Translations under genes and position numbers: made by a program | In this document: positions 53,808 through 56,003 of the stretch, piece by piece | Layout: each line of letters opens with the position of its first letter | Position numbering within the stretch: the stretch's first letter is position 1 | The notes under the pieces: generated by a model | Told to the model about the DNA's origin: nothing | Databases searched by the model: none | The model's input: the letters and a program-made list of their open reading frames with translations, nothing else | Assembly: GCA_022729335.1 (NCBI GenBank) | Contig: JALDAE010000001.1 | Location: 1 to 56,003 of the forward strand | Reading direction: 5' to 3' | Length of the DNA: 56,003 nt | From: Candidatus Nanoanaerosalina halalkaliphila | GTDB taxonomy: Archaea > Nanohalarchaeota > Nanosalinia > Nanosalinales > Nanoanaerosalinaceae

Positions 53808-55481
53808 ATGGAAGACCTTATTAGGAAGTATGCTCTAAAGAACAGGGCTGACTACGGGGAGGCCCAGAAAGAAGCTGTCATCGGCAAGGTTTTTGCTGAT
53901 GAACCAGAACTAAAGGAAAACGCGGGAGAAGTCGTGCAAAAGGCCGAAGAGGTGGTTGAAGAGGTCAACCAGCTTTCGGATGAAGACGTCCAGCAAGAAA
54001 TGGAAGAGCACGAATACTTCGAAAAAGAGCATAAAGAAGGTCTTCCAGAACTACCAAACGTAGACGAAGAAAAAGGAGTGGTTATGAGGCTTGCTCCCTT
54101 TCCTTCGGGTATGCTGCATATAGGGAATGCCAGGATGTCCGTTCTTAACGATGAATACGTCAAGAAGTACGGTGGAAAGCTTTACCTGGTTATCGACGAC
54201 ACCGCGGGAAGCGAGGAGAAAAAACCCATACCTGAAGCATACAGAGAGATCCCTAAAGACCTTGAATGGCTGGGAGTTGACATAGATGAAGTGATTTACA
54301 AGTCAGACAGGATGGAGATGTTTTACGAGTACGGAGAGAAGTTCCTCAAAAATGACTGGGCTTACGTATGCAAGTGCGATGCAGAGACACTTAGAAAAAA
54401 CCGTAAAGAAGGTATAGAATGTTCACACAGAAACAGAAGTGTTGAAGAAAACCTGGAAGACTGGCAAAAAATGCTTGACGGAGAGTTCGACCAGGGAGAA
54501 GCAGTGGTAAGACTAAAAACAGATATGCAGCACAAGGACCCTGCATTCAGAGACAGAGTTCTTCTGAGAGTTTCGCACGTCGACCATCCAAGGGTCGGAA
54601 GGAAGTACGATGTGTGGCCGATGCTGGAGTTCTCATGGGCTATTGATGACAACAAGTTAGGCATGACCCATATACTGAGAGGTAAAGACCTCATGATGGA
54701 GAACAAGATGGAGAGATACATGTGGGATCTGCTTGGATGGGAGGAGCCCGAGATACTTAACCACGGACTCATGAACATCGAGGGAATCAAGATATCGACT
54801 TCCGATGCAAAGAGAAAGATCGATGAGGGAACCTACACCGGGTGGGAAGACCCAAGGACATGGTCATTAAAGTCTCTGAAGAAAAGAGGTTTCGAACCTG
54901 AGGCGATACGTAACTTCGTTCTTTCGTTTGGAATGTCCGAAAGCAATGTTAAAGTTCCTGTGGACAGCCTGTACACGGAGAACAGAAAGATAATTGACGA
55001 GGAGGCTGACAGGTACTTCTTTGTCGAGGACCCTGTAGAACTTGAAGTCGAGAACGTTGAGGAAACAAAGGTAGCTGAAGCTGATCTACACCCTGAATTC
55101 CCTGAAAGAGGCTGTAGAGAGATAAAGGTGGAACCCGAAGAAAACAGTGTAACGGTGATTATAGAAAAAGACGACTTCGAGGAAGGAAAAGAGATAAGGC
55201 TCAAGGATCTTTTCAACATAAAGATAGGGGAAAACGGAGTTAAGAAAATCGGAGGAGGAATCGATTACGCCCTTGAAAACAATCTCCCCATAATACAGTG
55301 GCTTCCAGCAGAAGACAACAAAAAATGCACCATAACGATGCCCGACGGTTCGGAAAAAGAAGGTTTCTGCGAGTCCAACCTTGAAAAAGAGGAAGAAGTA
55401 ATACAGTTTATCAGAAAGGGCTTTGTGAACCCTGTGGAGATTTCAGATGAAAAAGTGAAGTGTTACTTCACACACAACTGA
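53808..55481 (+). CDS. gltX: Glutamyl-tRNA synthetase (archaeal type)
   Basis: Archaeal N-terminal helix domain (LIRKYALKN...). MRLAPFPSGMLHIGNAR is a HIGH variant reading HIGN. Also DDT, WPMLEFSWAIDD, ITHILRGKD, a KMSKS-like KISTS and a C-terminal beta-barrel region. Confidence 0.9.
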   Translation: MEDLIRKYALKNRADYGEAQKEAVIGKVFADEPELKENAGEVVQKAEEVVEEVNQLSDEDVQQEMEEHEYFEKEHKEGLPELPNVDEEKGVVMRLAPFPSGMLHIGNARMSVLNDEYVKKYGGKLYLVIDDTAGSEEKKPIPEAYREIPKDLEWLGVDIDEVIYKSDRMEMFYEYGEKFLKNDWAYVCKCDAETLRKNRKEGIECSHRNRSVEENLEDWQKMLDGEFDQGEAVVRLKTDMQHKDPAFRDRVLLRVSHVDHPRVGRKYDVWPMLEFSWAIDDNKLGMTHILRGKDLMMENKMERYMWDLLGWEEPEILNHGLMNIEGIKISTSDAKRKIDEGTYTGWEDPRTWSLKSLKKRGFEPEAIRNFVLSFGMSESNVKVPVDSLYTENRKIIDEEADRYFFVEDPVELEVENVEETKVAEADLHPEFPERGCREIKVEPEENSVTVIIEKDDFEEGKEIRLKDLFNIKIGENGVKKIGGGIDYALENNLPIIQWLPAEDNKKCTITMPDGSEKEGFCESNLEKEEEVIQFIRKGFVNPVEISDEKVKCYFTHN

Positions 55482-55498
55482 TCTCCTTCTTTTTTTCT

Positions 55499-56003
55499 TT
55501 ATTTCAATTTATCCTCAAGTGTCTCTATATACATCTTGGACATCTTGAACCTGCCTTCTTTGAGCTTGTCCTCGGCCAGCCTTAACTCCAGATTGTAATC
55601 ATAAACGTCTTCTCCCTTCTCTTCCATATCGTCTATGATATCCTTCAGATCTTCAAGCCTTTTGGTGTACTCGAAATACTGTTCGAGCTTGTCATCAGGT
55701 ATCTTGTGTGGGTTGTGGTAGGTAGGACGGAAATCAACGAACCAAGGATTACCCTCGTTGTACTGTGGGTTCTGGATCATACCTGTTCCTACTTCCTCGG
55801 AAGTTATCCTCCTTGCAAACTGCTCGCCGTATTTCTCCTCGATACGGTTGATGTCCTCCATGGATTTGGTTTGCATCTGTATCTCTGTCATGATGTTACC
55901 CGATACAGCCTGCTTAAAGTCAGCAGTAACCTGCGAAGCCATGATAAGACCAATACCCCACTTACGGAACTCACGAGCACCACGCTCCAAAGCATGATAA
56001 CCA
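55499..56003 (-). CDS. C-terminal part of a second HerA/DUF87-type ATPase (partial; continues beyond the window end)
   Basis: The frame stays open to base 56003 (...GYHALERGAREFRKWGIGLIMASQVTADF...). R-E-x-R-K-[WY]-G-[IV]-G-L is the typical post-Walker-B segment of DUF87 ATPases. Confidence 0.5.
   Translation of the reverse strand, partial: GYHALERGAREFRKWGIGLIMASQVTADFKQAVSGNIMTEIQMQTKSMEDINRIEEKYGEQFARRITSEEVGTGMIQNPQYNEGNPWFVDFRPTYHNPHKIPDDKLEQYFEYTKRLEDLKDIIDDMEEKGEDVYDYNLELRLAEDKLKEGRFKMSKMYIETLEDKLK

Noticed and set aside
53808-55481. HIGN in place of HIGH in GluRS (and HLGN in MetRS) as evidence of inactive synthetases.
   Set aside because: All other class I motifs are intact and these are single-copy essential genes in the window. 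HLGN is a normal variant of eukaryote/archaeal-type MetRS. I treat it as natural variation.
1-56003. A search for CRISPR arrays, IS elements, transposases, integrases and prophage-like blocks, including next to the two tRNA genes.
   Set aside because: I saw no regularly spaced direct repeats, no DDE or tyrosine/serine recombinase-like ORFs, and no tRNA-fragment direct repeats. The tRNA neighbours are ribosomal-protein and biosynthetic genes.

Overview
This is a gene-dense archaeal chromosome segment of about 60 genes with short intergenic spacers. GGTG/GGAGG Shine-Dalgarno-like motifs and several 8-17 nt start/stop overlaps are present. Archaeal identity is unambiguous: the window encodes ribosomal proteins S8e, L37e, LX, L24e, S28e, L7Ae and uS2, an Sm protein, aRF1, prefoldin alpha, FtsY, tRNA-splicing endonuclease, NucS, Hef, Lhr, RNase J and two intron-containing tRNAs. 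The proteins are strikingly rich in Asp/Glu, the DNA is moderately AT-rich and many proteins are small. I read this as a salt-in halophilic, reduced-genome (DPANN/Nanohaloarchaeota-like) organism; that is inference only. Most of the window is housekeeping: four aminoacyl-tRNA synthetases (Thr, Val, Met, Glu), DNA repair, and nucleotide-pool sanitation. Six things stand out. (1) Two stand-alone paralogous GGDEF diguanylate-cyclase genes have intact GGDEF active sites and RxxD I-sites. One sits next to an HD hydrolase, and a FIST sensor protein is also in the window. This is a candidate c-di-GMP module in an archaeon. (2) A co-directional cluster at 9.3-16.8 kb encodes a secreted Cys-repeat protein, a pilin-like LamG protein with a class-III signal peptide, a HerA/DUF87 ATPase, a split Hef, a DUF460 RNase-H-fold nuclease and a Cys-less archaeosortase-like membrane protein. 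(3) Three genes have conserved coding sequence that canonical ORFs do not capture. The metG HIGH motif lies upstream of any usable start, next to an A7 run. Hef has an out-of-frame deletion in its ERCC4 domain. A DUF4234 gene has only a CTG start available. (4) The two tRNAs carry introns of 37 and 78 nt, and endA lies in the same window. (5) The L7Ae leader contains a possible K-loop. (6) There is an 867-aa acidic coiled-coil protein and a secreted staphylococcal-type nuclease. I saw no rRNA, CRISPR array, transposase or integrase.
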